NCBI GenBank assembly: GCA_944381135.1
Contig: CALWJY010000001.1
Coordinates: 90,595-154,594, forward strand
Length of the DNA: 64,000 bases
Direction of reading: 5' to 3'
Source of the DNA: an uncultured Clostridia bacterium
GTDB lineage: Bacteria; Bacillota; Clostridia; Christensenellales; UBA1242
In this document: positions 47,894 to 56,532 of the stretch, in pieces
Numbering within the stretch: the first letter of the stretch is position 1
Layout: each line of letters opens with the position of its first letter
Notes under the pieces: generated by a model
The model's database searches: none
Told to the model about the DNA's origin: nothing
What the model saw: the letters and a program-made list of their open reading frames with translations, nothing else
Position numbers and translations under genes: made by a program

Positions 47894-48382
47894 TTAATTT
47901 ATTAAAAAGACTTTAACAGGTTTTTCGTGTTTGAAACTTTCAATAAATACAGCCAAATTGTCGTGAATTGTTCTGCGATATCCTACGATGACAACTTGAG
48001 TATTTCTACACAATTCCAATTCAATTGCTTCTTTGCAGTTAATTATGTTAGGGACATAAATTTCAGTCACTCTGTCACATTTCAAAACAACCTCATAATA
48101 TCTTTTAACATCCTCAGCACTCCAACCTGCAATTTGTCTCCTGTTTTTATCCATAACTGCTTCCAAAAACAAGTTATATTTTTGTTTTAAATTTAACACA
48201 ATTTCAGCCCCAATCAACTCAACACCAGAACCCATACCAAGCGAAAAATAGTCACATCCCTCCTCAATGCGACAAATGATGAATTTTTCAAACTCTTCTT
48301 TTAACTTTCGGCATTTCTCATCATTCTCATCAAATTTCCATGGCAAAAGCCTCGCCTCATTCCCAATGATACAACATTTCAT
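47894..48382 (-). CDS. YpsA/DUF1273-like SLOG-family protein
   Basis: MKCCIIGNEARLLPWKF...EEGCDYFSLGMGSGVELIGAEIVLNLKQKYN..W...YYEVVLKCDRV parallels the B. subtilis YpsA pattern (as I recall it). GGAGG RBS. Confidence 0.65.
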   Translation of the reverse strand: MKCCIIGNEARLLPWKFDENDEKCRKLKEEFEKFIICRIEEGCDYFSLGMGSGVELIGAEIVLNLKQKYNLFLEAVMDKNRRQIAGWSAEDVKRYYEVVLKCDRVTEIYVPNIINCKEAIELELCRNTQVVIVGYRRTIHDNLAVFIESFKHEKPVKVFLIN

Positions 48383-48489
48383 AAATAACCTCCTAATTAA
48401 GTCATGTATGCATTATATAATTTTCAAGTCTATATGTCAAATAATTTTATTTAATATAATCTACACATAATATAATGTGGAGGTTAGAT

Positions 48490-48693
48490 ATGATTAAGTT
48501 GCGAGTGATTGACATTTTGAATGAAAAGGGAAAAACAAAATATTGGCTTTTTAAAAACATGGACATGAGTTATCAGAACTTTGATAACATGATTAAAAAC
48601 AGAACATCCGCAATCAAGTTTAAAAACATTGAACTTCTGTGCGAATTGCTTGAATGCACTCCAAACGATTTGTTTGAATTTGAAGATGAATAA
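48490..48693 (+). CDS. XRE-family helix-turn-helix regulator (67 aa)
   Basis: MIKLRVIDILNEKGKTKYWLFKNMDMSYQNFDNMIKN...LCELLECTPNDLFEF. ATG follows GGAGG. Confidence 0.75.
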   Translation: MIKLRVIDILNEKGKTKYWLFKNMDMSYQNFDNMIKNRTSAIKFKNIELLCELLECTPNDLFEFEDE

Positions 48694-48728
48694 AAATTAT
48701 AATAATAAAAATCAGAGGAATTAAAAAT

Positions 48729-48932
48729 TTGAAAATTGTTGCAGAAAGACTTAAAGAATTGCGTTTAGAAAATAATCTGACTCAACAAGATGTTGCCAAC
48801 ATCCTAAAAGTCAGCCGTGTTGTGTATAACAGATACGAAAACAATCAAAGAGAACTTCCGTTGGAGTTATTAAAAGAACTTGCCGAATATTATGGCGTTT
48901 CATCCGACTATATCATTGGCATAGAAAATTAA
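48729..48932 (+). CDS. XRE-family helix-turn-helix regulator (67 aa, TTG start)
   Basis: KIVAERLKELRLENNLTQQDVANILKVSRVVYNRYENNQRELPLELLKELAEYYGVSSDYIIG is a classic HTH_3 pattern. Confidence 0.75.
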   Translation: MKIVAERLKELRLENNLTQQDVANILKVSRVVYNRYENNQRELPLELLKELAEYYGVSSDYIIGIEN

Positions 48933-48954
48933 TTTCAAATGTGAAACAAACAAT

Positions 48955-48984
48955 AAAAAATAGGCAAATTTTGCCTATTTTTTT
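48955..48984. terminator. bidirectional terminator between the second XRE gene and clpX
   Basis: AAAAAA-TAGGCA-aattt-TGCCTA-TTTTTTT. Confidence 0.75.
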
Positions 48985-50284
48985 ACACCGCTTTTTTTTC
49001 TTGGTTTTCTTCAGTTTCACGCTTAATCAAAATTGGTGCGGAGCCTTTCTCAATGAAATCTCGCGTGATGATGATTTTTCCATAGACTTTTGGGTCCGGA
49101 AGGTCAAACATAAGTTCCAACATCTTGGTTTCCATGATGGTGCGAATCCCTCTTGCCCCGGTTTTGAGGTCGATTGCCTTTTGAGAGATGTATGCAATTG
49201 CCTCATCATCAAAATCAATGTCAAAGCCATCAAGTCTGAAAAGTTGTTTATATTGCTTGATGAGCGAATTTTTTGGTTCAACCAAAATGCGTTGAAGCAC
49301 CTTATCATCCAAATTGTCAAGTCCTGTGATGATTGGAAGTCTTCCCACAAACTCTGGAATAAGCCCAAATTTGATGAGGTCGTCTGGCTGAACATCTTTC
49401 GAATAGTCAATTTTTGCCTTTTCTTCGGAGTTTTTGATGTTGGCATTAAACCCAATTGAAGAAGCCGACATACGCTTGTGGATAATGTCGTCAAGTCCAA
49501 CAAAAGCCCCTCCGCAAATGAACAAAATGTTTGTTGTGTCAATTTGCAACATCTCTTGATGAGGATGTTTCCTTCCGCCTTGTGGTGGCACGCTTGCAAT
49601 GGTGCTTTCAATGATTTTCAAAAGCGCTTGCTGAACGCCCTCACCGCCAACATCACGCGTGAGCGAGCGGTTTTCGCTTTTCCTTGCAAGTTTGTCGATT
49701 TCGTCAATGTAGATGATTCCGCGTTCTGCTTTTTCAATGTCATAGTCCGCATTTTGAATGAGTTTCAAAAGCACATTTTCAACATCTTCGCCCACATAGC
49801 CTGCCTCAGTCAGCGTTGTTGCATCAGCGCAAGCAAAAGGCACATCCAAAATTTTTGCCAAAGTTTTGACAAGCAAAGTTTTCCCCGAGCCGGTTGGACC
49901 AATCATAAGCACATTGCTTTTTTCAAGTTCCAAAATGTTTTTGTCTTGGGTGTTTTCTTTGCTTTTCTTGCTCGCATTAATTTTGTTGTGATAGTTATAG
50001 TTGATTCTTTTATAGTGGTTGAAAACTGCCACAGAAAGAACTTTTTTTGCCTGTTCCTGACCAATCACATAGCCGTCAAGCGCCTTTTTGATGTCTTTTG
50101 GAGAAGGAATGACAAGGTCTTTGAAAACCTTAACTTTCATGCTTTCCTCTTTGATGATGTCCGAGCAAATTCGGATGCAATCATCACAAATGAAAGCATC
50201 TCCATTTGGACTTGCAATCAGTTTTCTTGCCGCTTTTTGAGGCTTCCCACAGAAAGTGCAAGAACACATTTCAATATCTTTCAT
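48983..50284 (-). CDS. clpX: ATP-dependent Clp protease ATP-binding subunit ClpX
   Basis: Zn finger CTFCGKPQ...CDDC, Walker [19 protein letters not shown]. Confidence 0.95.
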   Translation of the reverse strand: MKDIEMCSCTFCGKPQKAARKLIASPNGDAFICDDCIRICSDIIKEESMKVKVFKDLVIPSPKDIKKALDGYVIGQEQAKKVLSVAVFNHYKRINYNYHNKINASKKSKENTQDKNILELEKSNVLMIGPTGSGKTLLVKTLAKILDVPFACADATTLTEAGYVGEDVENVLLKLIQNADYDIEKAERGIIYIDEIDKLARKSENRSLTRDVGGEGVQQALLKIIESTIASVPPQGGRKHPHQEMLQIDTTNILFICGGAFVGLDDIIHKRMSASSIGFNANIKNSEEKAKIDYSKDVQPDDLIKFGLIPEFVGRLPIITGLDNLDDKVLQRILVEPKNSLIKQYKQLFRLDGFDIDFDDEAIAYISQKAIDLKTGARGIRTIMETKMLELMFDLPDPKVYGKIIITRDFIEKGSAPILIKRETEENQEKKAV

Positions 50285-50405
50285 CAGCCACTCCTTTTAT
50301 GAATTTAATTAAAATTCAAATTAATCAAACTAATTCAAACTAAATTAAATAAGTTTAAAATTCAATATGGTTTTGAATTTGGTTTTAAATTAAGTCTAAC
50401 CTTGA

Positions 50406-50479
50406 CCTTTCACACAAAGCCAAACTCAATCTTGCACACAAAGGCAAAATTAAACCTGCACACAAACAACAAAATTCTT
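50406..50479. repeat. three tandem ~24-nt repeats (CcTGCACACAAAgGCAAAAttnaa) between clpP and clpX
   Basis: cctttcacacaaagccaaactcaat / cttgcacacaaaggcaaaattaaa / cctgcacacaaacaacaaaattctt. Confidence 0.75.
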
Positions 50480-50527
50480 GGCATGCAATATGCAAAATTT
50501 CATATGTTGCTTGCGTGTGCTTTGTGC

Positions 50528-51148
50528 TTATTTTTTTCTTTCTTCCTGCTTTTTATTTGCAGAACTTGTTTTTCTTGTGACAAAAATGTTGTCAATAAGA
50601 CCATATTTTTTTGCTTCTTCTGCAGACATATAGTTGTCTCTGTCGGTGTCTTTTTCAATTTCTGCAAGGCTTTTGCCTGTGTTTTCGCTCAAAATTTTGT
50701 TGAGTTTGTCCTTAATTTTCTTCATATGTCTTGCTTGGATTTCAATGTCGCTTGCTTGTCCTTGCGTTCCGCCAAGTGGTTGATGAATCATGATTTCACT
50801 GTTTGGAAGCGCAAAGCGTTTGCCTTTCGTTCCGCTTGAAAGAAGGAAAGCGCCCATTGATGCGGCCATACCTATGCAGATTGTGGAAACATCGCATTTG
50901 ATGTAGTTCATTGTGTCATAGATGGCAATTCCAGCGCTCACAGACCCGCCTGGGCTGTTGATGTAAAGAAAAATGTCTTTGTCTGGATTTTTCCCTTCCA
51001 AATAGATGAGTTGTGCAATCACAACATTTGCAGACGCGTCATTAATTTCGCCTGTCAAGAACACAATTCTGTCCTCAAGCAAACGAGAATAGATGTCATA
51101 AGACCTTTCGCTTCCGCCTGTTTGGTCAATAACCATAGGAATTAGCAT
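50528..51148 (-). CDS. clpP: ATP-dependent Clp protease proteolytic subunit
   Basis: [11 protein letters not shown], active-site [22 protein letters not shown] at 51148 follows GGAGGA. Confidence 0.95.
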   Translation of the reverse strand: MLIPMVIDQTGGSERSYDIYSRLLEDRIVFLTGEINDASANVVIAQLIYLEGKNPDKDIFLYINSPGGSVSAGIAIYDTMNYIKCDVSTICIGMAASMGAFLLSSGTKGKRFALPNSEIMIHQPLGGTQGQASDIEIQARHMKKIKDKLNKILSENTGKSLAEIEKDTDRDNYMSAEEAKKYGLIDNIFVTRKTSSANKKQEERKK

Positions 51149-51320
51149 AATCAAATCCTCCTCTTATTTAATCAAAAAGTTCTTGTCAACTTTTTTATAT
51201 GTTGGCTCTTTCGAAATTTCCTTGTTTTTCTTAATTTCTTTTTTCTTTTCTTCTCGCTTTTCAAATCTTGGTCCTTGCACGGAAATCACGCAATTTCATT
51301 TCTTAAAAGCAGGTTCTTTT

Positions 51321-52574
51321 TCAGTCCTTAACAACAACTTTTTTGTTGTTTTCTTCCAAAAATTTGTAGAGTTTTTGAAGAGTGAGTTCATTGTCTGTTC
51401 TGACAATGTCTTCATGTTTTGTCATGCCTTTTGTTGCCTCAGCAAGTTCTTCGTCCGAAACTTTGATGTTGTTTTCAGCAATGATTTTGCGATAGATATA
51501 TCTCACTTTAATTGACCTTCTTGTGCTCTCTTTGAGACGGTCAACATAGTCTTCAATTGTTCCGCCGCCTGTCTGACGCAAATAGTCCTCAAGTGTAAGA
51601 TGATACATCTCAAGTGCCTGTTTCATATGGTCCATTTCATGAAAAACATTGTTGTCAACCATAATTTCAGGAATTTCAATTTGAGTGTTGTTTGTGAGAT
51701 ATTCACGCATATTGAATTGGAATTCAGCCTCTTGGTCGTTTTCCTTCATAGTTTGAATATGAGCAAGAACATCTTTTCTATACTCCTCAACAGTCTCAAA
51801 TTCTGTCGTATCTGAAATAAATTTGTCATCAAGTGTTGGAAGACGTTTTTCACGAACAGCATTAATTTCCACCCTAAACTCAACAGGCTTGCCTTGGAAC
51901 TCTTCTGCGTGATAGTCGGCAGGGAATGTCACCTTCACATCCACAATGTCGCCTTTCTTGTGTCCAACAAGTTGGTCTTCAAAATTGTCGATGAATGTGT
52001 GAGAACCAAGTTCAAGAGGATAGTTTGTTGCAGAACCTCCGTCAAACTCTTCACCATTCATAAAACCGGTGAAATCAATCAACAAACTGTCACCATTTTT
52101 TGCTTCTCTTTCAACTTCTTCAAATTTGGCATTGTCTTCCAAAAGGCGTTGAACAGCATTGTCAACATCCTTTTCTGTTGCCTCAGCAGAATGCACCTCA
52201 ATTGGCACATCCACATATTTGCAAAGTTTGAAATCTGGGACAATTTCAAACAAAATTTTCATTTTAAGCCCACCATCAGCAGTGAAACTTTCAAATTGAG
52301 TTGTTGGCATTGCCACAGGTTCAAGGTCTGGCTCTTTGTCCAAAACTTCGTTCATTGTTTTGTTGACAAGATGATTGATTGTGTCCTCAAAAAAGACGCT
52401 GTCACCATAGGTTTTTTCAATAACTTTTCTTGGTGCATGCCCCTTTCTGAAACCCTCAACATTAAATTTGCTTTTGTTTTCTTCGTAAGTTTTCTGAACG
52501 GCATCTTCCCATTCTTTTGCGTCAACTTCCAAATTGACTTCAACTTTTGTGTTTTCTTTTTTAATTGAATACAT
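51321..52574 (-). CDS. tig: trigger factor
   Basis: N-terminal ribosome-binding FRKGHAPRKVIEK, central PPIase-like domain, 417 aa. Confidence 0.9.
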   Translation of the reverse strand: MYSIKKENTKVEVNLEVDAKEWEDAVQKTYEENKSKFNVEGFRKGHAPRKVIEKTYGDSVFFEDTINHLVNKTMNEVLDKEPDLEPVAMPTTQFESFTADGGLKMKILFEIVPDFKLCKYVDVPIEVHSAEATEKDVDNAVQRLLEDNAKFEEVEREAKNGDSLLIDFTGFMNGEEFDGGSATNYPLELGSHTFIDNFEDQLVGHKKGDIVDVKVTFPADYHAEEFQGKPVEFRVEINAVREKRLPTLDDKFISDTTEFETVEEYRKDVLAHIQTMKENDQEAEFQFNMREYLTNNTQIEIPEIMVDNNVFHEMDHMKQALEMYHLTLEDYLRQTGGGTIEDYVDRLKESTRRSIKVRYIYRKIIAENNIKVSDEELAEATKGMTKHEDIVRTDNELTLQKLYKFLEENNKKVVVKD

Positions 52575-52677
52575 CGTTTCCCTCCATGCGTTTTTTGCAT
52601 TATTTTTTCTTTAGTCATCAAACATATAAAAGCAATTTATGCAAATTTTGTATATTTAACAATCATAAAGCGATTAA

Positions 52678-52706
52678 ATTTTACCATAATATTTTTCAAA
52701 AAGCAA
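52678..52706 (-). promoter_or_regulatory. candidate sigmaA promoter for tig
   Basis: Minus strand: TTGCTT, 17-nt spacer, TGgTAAAAT. Confidence 0.5.
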
Positions 52707-52915
52707 CAAATATTGACATGAATTTGTGTTTTATTTTGTCGATTTCAAATGTTTGAATGTCGAAACCACTCAAATCGTTTAAAATTTTTAAAATTTTGCA
52801 TAAGTTAAGTGAACTTTGGTGCAAAAATTTTAGAACGTGTTAAAAACACGAGTAAAAATTTGCACAATTGAAGTTTTTGATGATCTTCCCAAAAATCATT
52901 GAAAAATCATTTTGT

Positions 52916-52982
52916 AACATAACAACACAAAATATGGTGTGTTATGCATTACATAATACACCATATCTTTAAAACATAACAA
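52916..52982. repeat. intergenic palindromic element, copy e, bracketed by a 10-bp direct repeat AACATAACAA
   Basis: AACATAACAA-cacaaaATATGGTGTGTTATGcattaCATAATACACCATATctttaa-AACATAACAA. Confidence 0.7.
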
Positions 52983-53077
52983 TTTAAAAAAAACAAAAAC
53001 TAAAAGATGCCCAAAATCAGAAAATTATGCAAATAATTTAAACATTCAAGAATTGAAAAGTGCTTTTAAACCACTTC

Positions 53078-54118
53078 TCAATCTACTCTGTGAATTTTAA
53101 CTTTTCCCGCAACCGCCTTTCGCATGTCTTCACTGATTGCAGCATAGTGCTTTTTGGTTGTGTTGACATCCCTATGTCCAAGCACATCTGCAACAATGTA
53201 GATGTCTTTCGTTTCACGATATAGATTTGTGCCAAAAGTCGAACGCAATTTGTGTGGAGAAATTTTCTTAAGCGGACTGCCCTCTTTGGCATATTTCTTA
53301 ACCAAATTTTCAACAGCACGCACACAAATTCGTTTGTTTTGAAGAGAAACAAACATGGCATTTTCATTTGGATCAAGTTTCAAAGTTTTTCGCTTTTCAA
53401 GCCATGCCAAAAGCGCCTCTTTGACTTCCAAAGAAAAATACAAAATTGATTGATTTCCACCTTTTCGCGTCACTTTGAAAGCCTCTTGATTGAAATCGAA
53501 GTCTTCAACATTAAGCCCAACAAGTTCTGAAATACGAATGCCGGTGCCAAGAAACAATGTGACAATTGCGTTGTCGCGCTCCATAGTGTTTTTGTTGTAG
53601 TGCTTTTGTCTTTCCGAAAAAGATGTTGGTGCTTGCACAGCATCCAACATTCTTTCCACCTCATCACTCTCAAGACGGATGATTTCTTTGTTGTGCAGTT
53701 TTGGAGTTTTGATTTTGCTTGCAACATTGCTTCTAAGCAAGTCGTGGTCAAAAAGATATTTGAAAAAACTTCTCACGCTTGCCAACTTTCTTGCTTTTCC
53801 GCGCTCAGTGTTTTTAAACATGTTGCCATTATATTCATAATAGGAAAGATAGGAAAGATAGTTTTCAATGTTTCGCGCCTGCAAACCATCAAGGTCCTCG
53901 AGTGCGATTTCCATTTTCGGCTTTTTGAAAACATATTTTTCCATATAGTCAAAGAAAACGCACAAATCCATGGCATAATTCACACGCGTCAAACTTGAGG
54001 TGTTGTTTTCAATGCCCGTGAAATAATCATAGCAAAATTCAGGAAGATTTGAAAGATAATTCCCAATTTTCTGCATATTCTTCAAATCGCGCTTTTCAAA
54101 ATATGATAAGTTTTTCAT
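53078..54118 (-). CDS. tyrosine site-specific recombinase, Xer family (XerS-like architecture)
   Basis: R in GTGIRISEL, HKLRSTFGT, LGHRDVNTTKKHY (catalytic Y). VTRKGGNQS and the long N-terminal LPEFCYDYF...FFDYM domain resemble XerS as I recall it. Start is taken at MKNLSYF (54118). Confidence 0.8.
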   Translation of the reverse strand: MKNLSYFEKRDLKNMQKIGNYLSNLPEFCYDYFTGIENNTSSLTRVNYAMDLCVFFDYMEKYVFKKPKMEIALEDLDGLQARNIENYLSYLSYYEYNGNMFKNTERGKARKLASVRSFFKYLFDHDLLRSNVASKIKTPKLHNKEIIRLESDEVERMLDAVQAPTSFSERQKHYNKNTMERDNAIVTLFLGTGIRISELVGLNVEDFDFNQEAFKVTRKGGNQSILYFSLEVKEALLAWLEKRKTLKLDPNENAMFVSLQNKRICVRAVENLVKKYAKEGSPLKKISPHKLRSTFGTNLYRETKDIYIVADVLGHRDVNTTKKHYAAISEDMRKAVAGKVKIHRVD

Positions 54119-54126
54119 ATGCATAT

Positions 54127-54154
54127 ATTTTATCAAATTATGCGCAAAATGCAA
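54127..54154 (-). promoter_or_regulatory. sigmaA-type promoter abutting the recombinase start codon
   Basis: Minus strand: TTGCAT, 16-nt spacer, TAAAAT. ATG at 54118 lies 8 nt after the -10, with no Shine-Dalgarno. Confidence 0.5.
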
Positions 54155-54249
54155 AATGTTTTGAGGAGTTTTTAAAAAAATAAATGCCATAAATATAAAG
54201 TGTCTTGCTTTACATTATAGAAAGTGGCACTGCCACCAACGCCATCCAC

Positions 54250-55419
54250 TTACAACATCCAATCAACATAGACGCCATAACCTTTTGTTGGGTCGTTCAG
54301 GAAAACGTGCGTCACTGCACCGATAATCTTTCCGTCCTGCATAATTGGCGAACCGCTCATGCCTTGCACAATTCCGCCAGAAAGTTCCAAAAGACGCGGG
54401 TCTTTCACACGAAACACAATGCTTTTGTCGTTTGCTGATTTCTGGTGGTTTGCTTTGATGATTTCAATGTCATATTCTTCTGTGATTCCGCTGATTGAAG
54501 AAACAATTTTGGCATCTCCCATTTTCACTCCCAGCCTGCCACCAAGTTTTGCTGTCAAGTTCTTGTCCACCAAACCTGTGGTGTCACTCAAAACGCCCTT
54601 AATTCCAAATTTCGAATTGGACGAAATTTCGCCCTTGCCTTTCGTACTTGAAACAAAAACACACTTAAGTTCGCCGGGATTGTTTTTCTTGCCTTTGTTT
54701 ATGCCAATCAGGTTGCAACCATAAATTTTTCCACTTGAAACCGGAACAATATTTCCGCTGTTTGCTTCCACAATCGGATGTCCAAGCGCTCCAAAATCAA
54801 GCGTTTTGGTGTTTACAAAAGTCAATGTTCCAACGCCCGTCACATCGTCCTTAACCCAAAGCCCAAGTTTAAGATTTCCGCTTTCATCTCGCGTGGTTTT
54901 CACCAAAGTTTTAAGCGTTTTGTTCTTTCTTAAAAACTCCACTTCTGCCTCTTCAGGTTGCCCATATTCAAGAAGAGATTGAATGTTGTCCAAATCGGTC
55001 ACTTCCATTCCATTAATTTTTGTGATGATGTCGCCTTCCTTAAGCGAAGAATTCCCCTCATCTCCAACCACAATTGCTCCGTCCGAACAAAGTGCAAGCC
55101 CAATTGGCGTGCCACCCACATAATATTTCTCATCGCCTGCCAAAACAACGCTCACCCTCTTGATTGGAATGAAACCAAAAAGTTTGAAAACAATTTCAGT
55201 CTGCTTGGTTTTTTCGCCACCGACAATCTTTTCGTTTTCTTCCATATTGGTGCTGATGAAACTTCCAAAGCGGTGCGATTCATTGACGGTCTCAACGTCC
55301 TCATAATCTGCCAAAAAGCCATTTTCAATCTGCATAATTTCTTGAATTGGCATGATGAGTGAAAAACTCAACAAAAAGACAAAAACAAAAGAAAACAAAC
55401 AAAAATAAGCCTTTTTCAT
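54250..55419 (-). CDS. spoIVB: stage IV sporulation protein B (S55 signalling peptidase)
   Basis: N-terminal TM, PDZ-like region, peptidase S55 region GTLTFV...GHPI...GMSGSPI. Confidence 0.85.
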   Translation of the reverse strand: MKKAYFCLFSFVFVFLLSFSLIMPIQEIMQIENGFLADYEDVETVNESHRFGSFISTNMEENEKIVGGEKTKQTEIVFKLFGFIPIKRVSVVLAGDEKYYVGGTPIGLALCSDGAIVVGDEGNSSLKEGDIITKINGMEVTDLDNIQSLLEYGQPEEAEVEFLRKNKTLKTLVKTTRDESGNLKLGLWVKDDVTGVGTLTFVNTKTLDFGALGHPIVEANSGNIVPVSSGKIYGCNLIGINKGKKNNPGELKCVFVSSTKGKGEISSNSKFGIKGVLSDTTGLVDKNLTAKLGGRLGVKMGDAKIVSSISGITEEYDIEIIKANHQKSANDKSIVFRVKDPRLLELSGGIVQGMSGSPIMQDGKIIGAVTHVFLNDPTKGYGVYVDWML

Positions 55420-55594
55420 AATTCTTAGTTTTTGCCGTTTTGTTTATATTATTCTCTTTCAAAACAACAATTTAATTGGTGGTGTTGTAAATTAACAAAC
55501 AACTAATTCATTAAAACTTTTGAACAAAATTGGTTATGTTTAAATAATCAAACATCATATTTTTATGAATAAATGCACAATTTTAAAATAAGGT

Positions 55595-56284
55595 TTAAAT
55601 CATGTTCAACCAATTTTTAAGCACAAAGCCATAGTGAGACAGTTCTTTCTTCAGCGTCTTGAAATTTGGACAAATTTTTCCCAAATCTGCCCAAAATTGA
55701 GGCTTATGGTTCATATGCAAACTGTGGCAAAGTTCGTGACAAATCACATAAACTGCCAATCTTTCTGGCAAAATCAAAAGTTTCCAATTCAGTTTCATGA
55801 TGCCTTTTGAATTAAAACTCCCCCAAACTCTGACAGATTCCACAGGTTTGATTTCTTTGAACTTAAGCCCAGTTTTAAGGGCAATTTGCCCTGTCAACTC
55901 CTCCAATTTTGAAAAATATGACAAATAACATTTTTTGATGGTTCTAAGTTGTTTTTCTTTTGATTGCCCGTCAAAATCTAAACAAAAATCATGGACATCT
56001 GCAAACTTTTCGCCATTAAGATAGATAAAACGCCAAAAATCAAAACCTTGTGCAAAGTTGTCATCCGAACTTAGCCTCTTTTGAACTTTATCAAGCCAAT
56101 TTTTCTTGCTTTCCAAAAATTCTGAAATTTTCCTGTCACTTATGTTTGTTGGCACTTTAAGCACAGCATGCTTGCTGTCCTCCACCTTCAAAACCATGGT
56201 TTTTCTTCTCATTCTGACAATTTCAACTTTCATGACAACAATCATAGCACAAAACAAAAATTTTTCAAAACTTTTGCGCAACAT
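55595..56284 (-). CDS. YgjP-like (DUF45/WLM) zinc metallopeptidase-fold protein
   Basis: HELCHSLHMNHKPQFW is an HExxH-type motif. RRKTMVLKV N-terminal pattern. Start uncertain (56284, 56245 or 56233). Confidence 0.7.
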   Translation of the reverse strand: MLRKSFEKFLFCAMIVVMKVEIVRMRRKTMVLKVEDSKHAVLKVPTNISDRKISEFLESKKNWLDKVQKRLSSDDNFAQGFDFWRFIYLNGEKFADVHDFCLDFDGQSKEKQLRTIKKCYLSYFSKLEELTGQIALKTGLKFKEIKPVESVRVWGSFNSKGIMKLNWKLLILPERLAVYVICHELCHSLHMNHKPQFWADLGKICPNFKTLKKELSHYGFVLKNWLNMI

Positions 56285-56305
56285 AAAAAGGATTTTGCAA
56301 ATTTA

Positions 56306-56397
56306 TTGCATAATTCCACAATATGTTGTGTGTGGTATGCGCATATCACCACAAATTGTGATATGTTATGCAATTTAAAAAAACTTTGCATAATACC
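56306..56397. repeat. compound cluster of 2-3 palindromic-element units, copy f
   Basis: ttgcataattccacaatatgttg + tgtgtggtatgcgcatatcaccaca + gatatgttatgcaatttaaaaaaactttgcataatacctc. Confidence 0.65.
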
Positions 56398-56532
56398 TCA
56401 AAAACATTTGACAAAATTGATTTTAATTATTTAAAATATAATATAAGTTGAGCATGTTTAAAACTTTTGCCAATTGCGCCCAACAAAAATTAAAGAAGAA
56501 AATCGAAATTTTCTCAAAACAGGAGTGTGACC

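Noticed and set aside
50285-50527. CtsR operator (GGTCAAAnanGGTCAAA) or CIRCE element upstream of clpX / downstream of clpP.
   Set aside because: Only a single partial heptad (GGTCAAG, minus strand near 50400) is present and there is no second repeat. No TTAGCACTC-N9-GAGTGCTAA is present.
52737-52764. Two Spo0A-box-like heptamers (TGTCGAT, TGTCGAA) in the tig-xer spacer.
   Set aside because: Seven-mers of this composition are expected by chance in a 500-nt AT-rich spacer, and they have no defined relation to a promoter.
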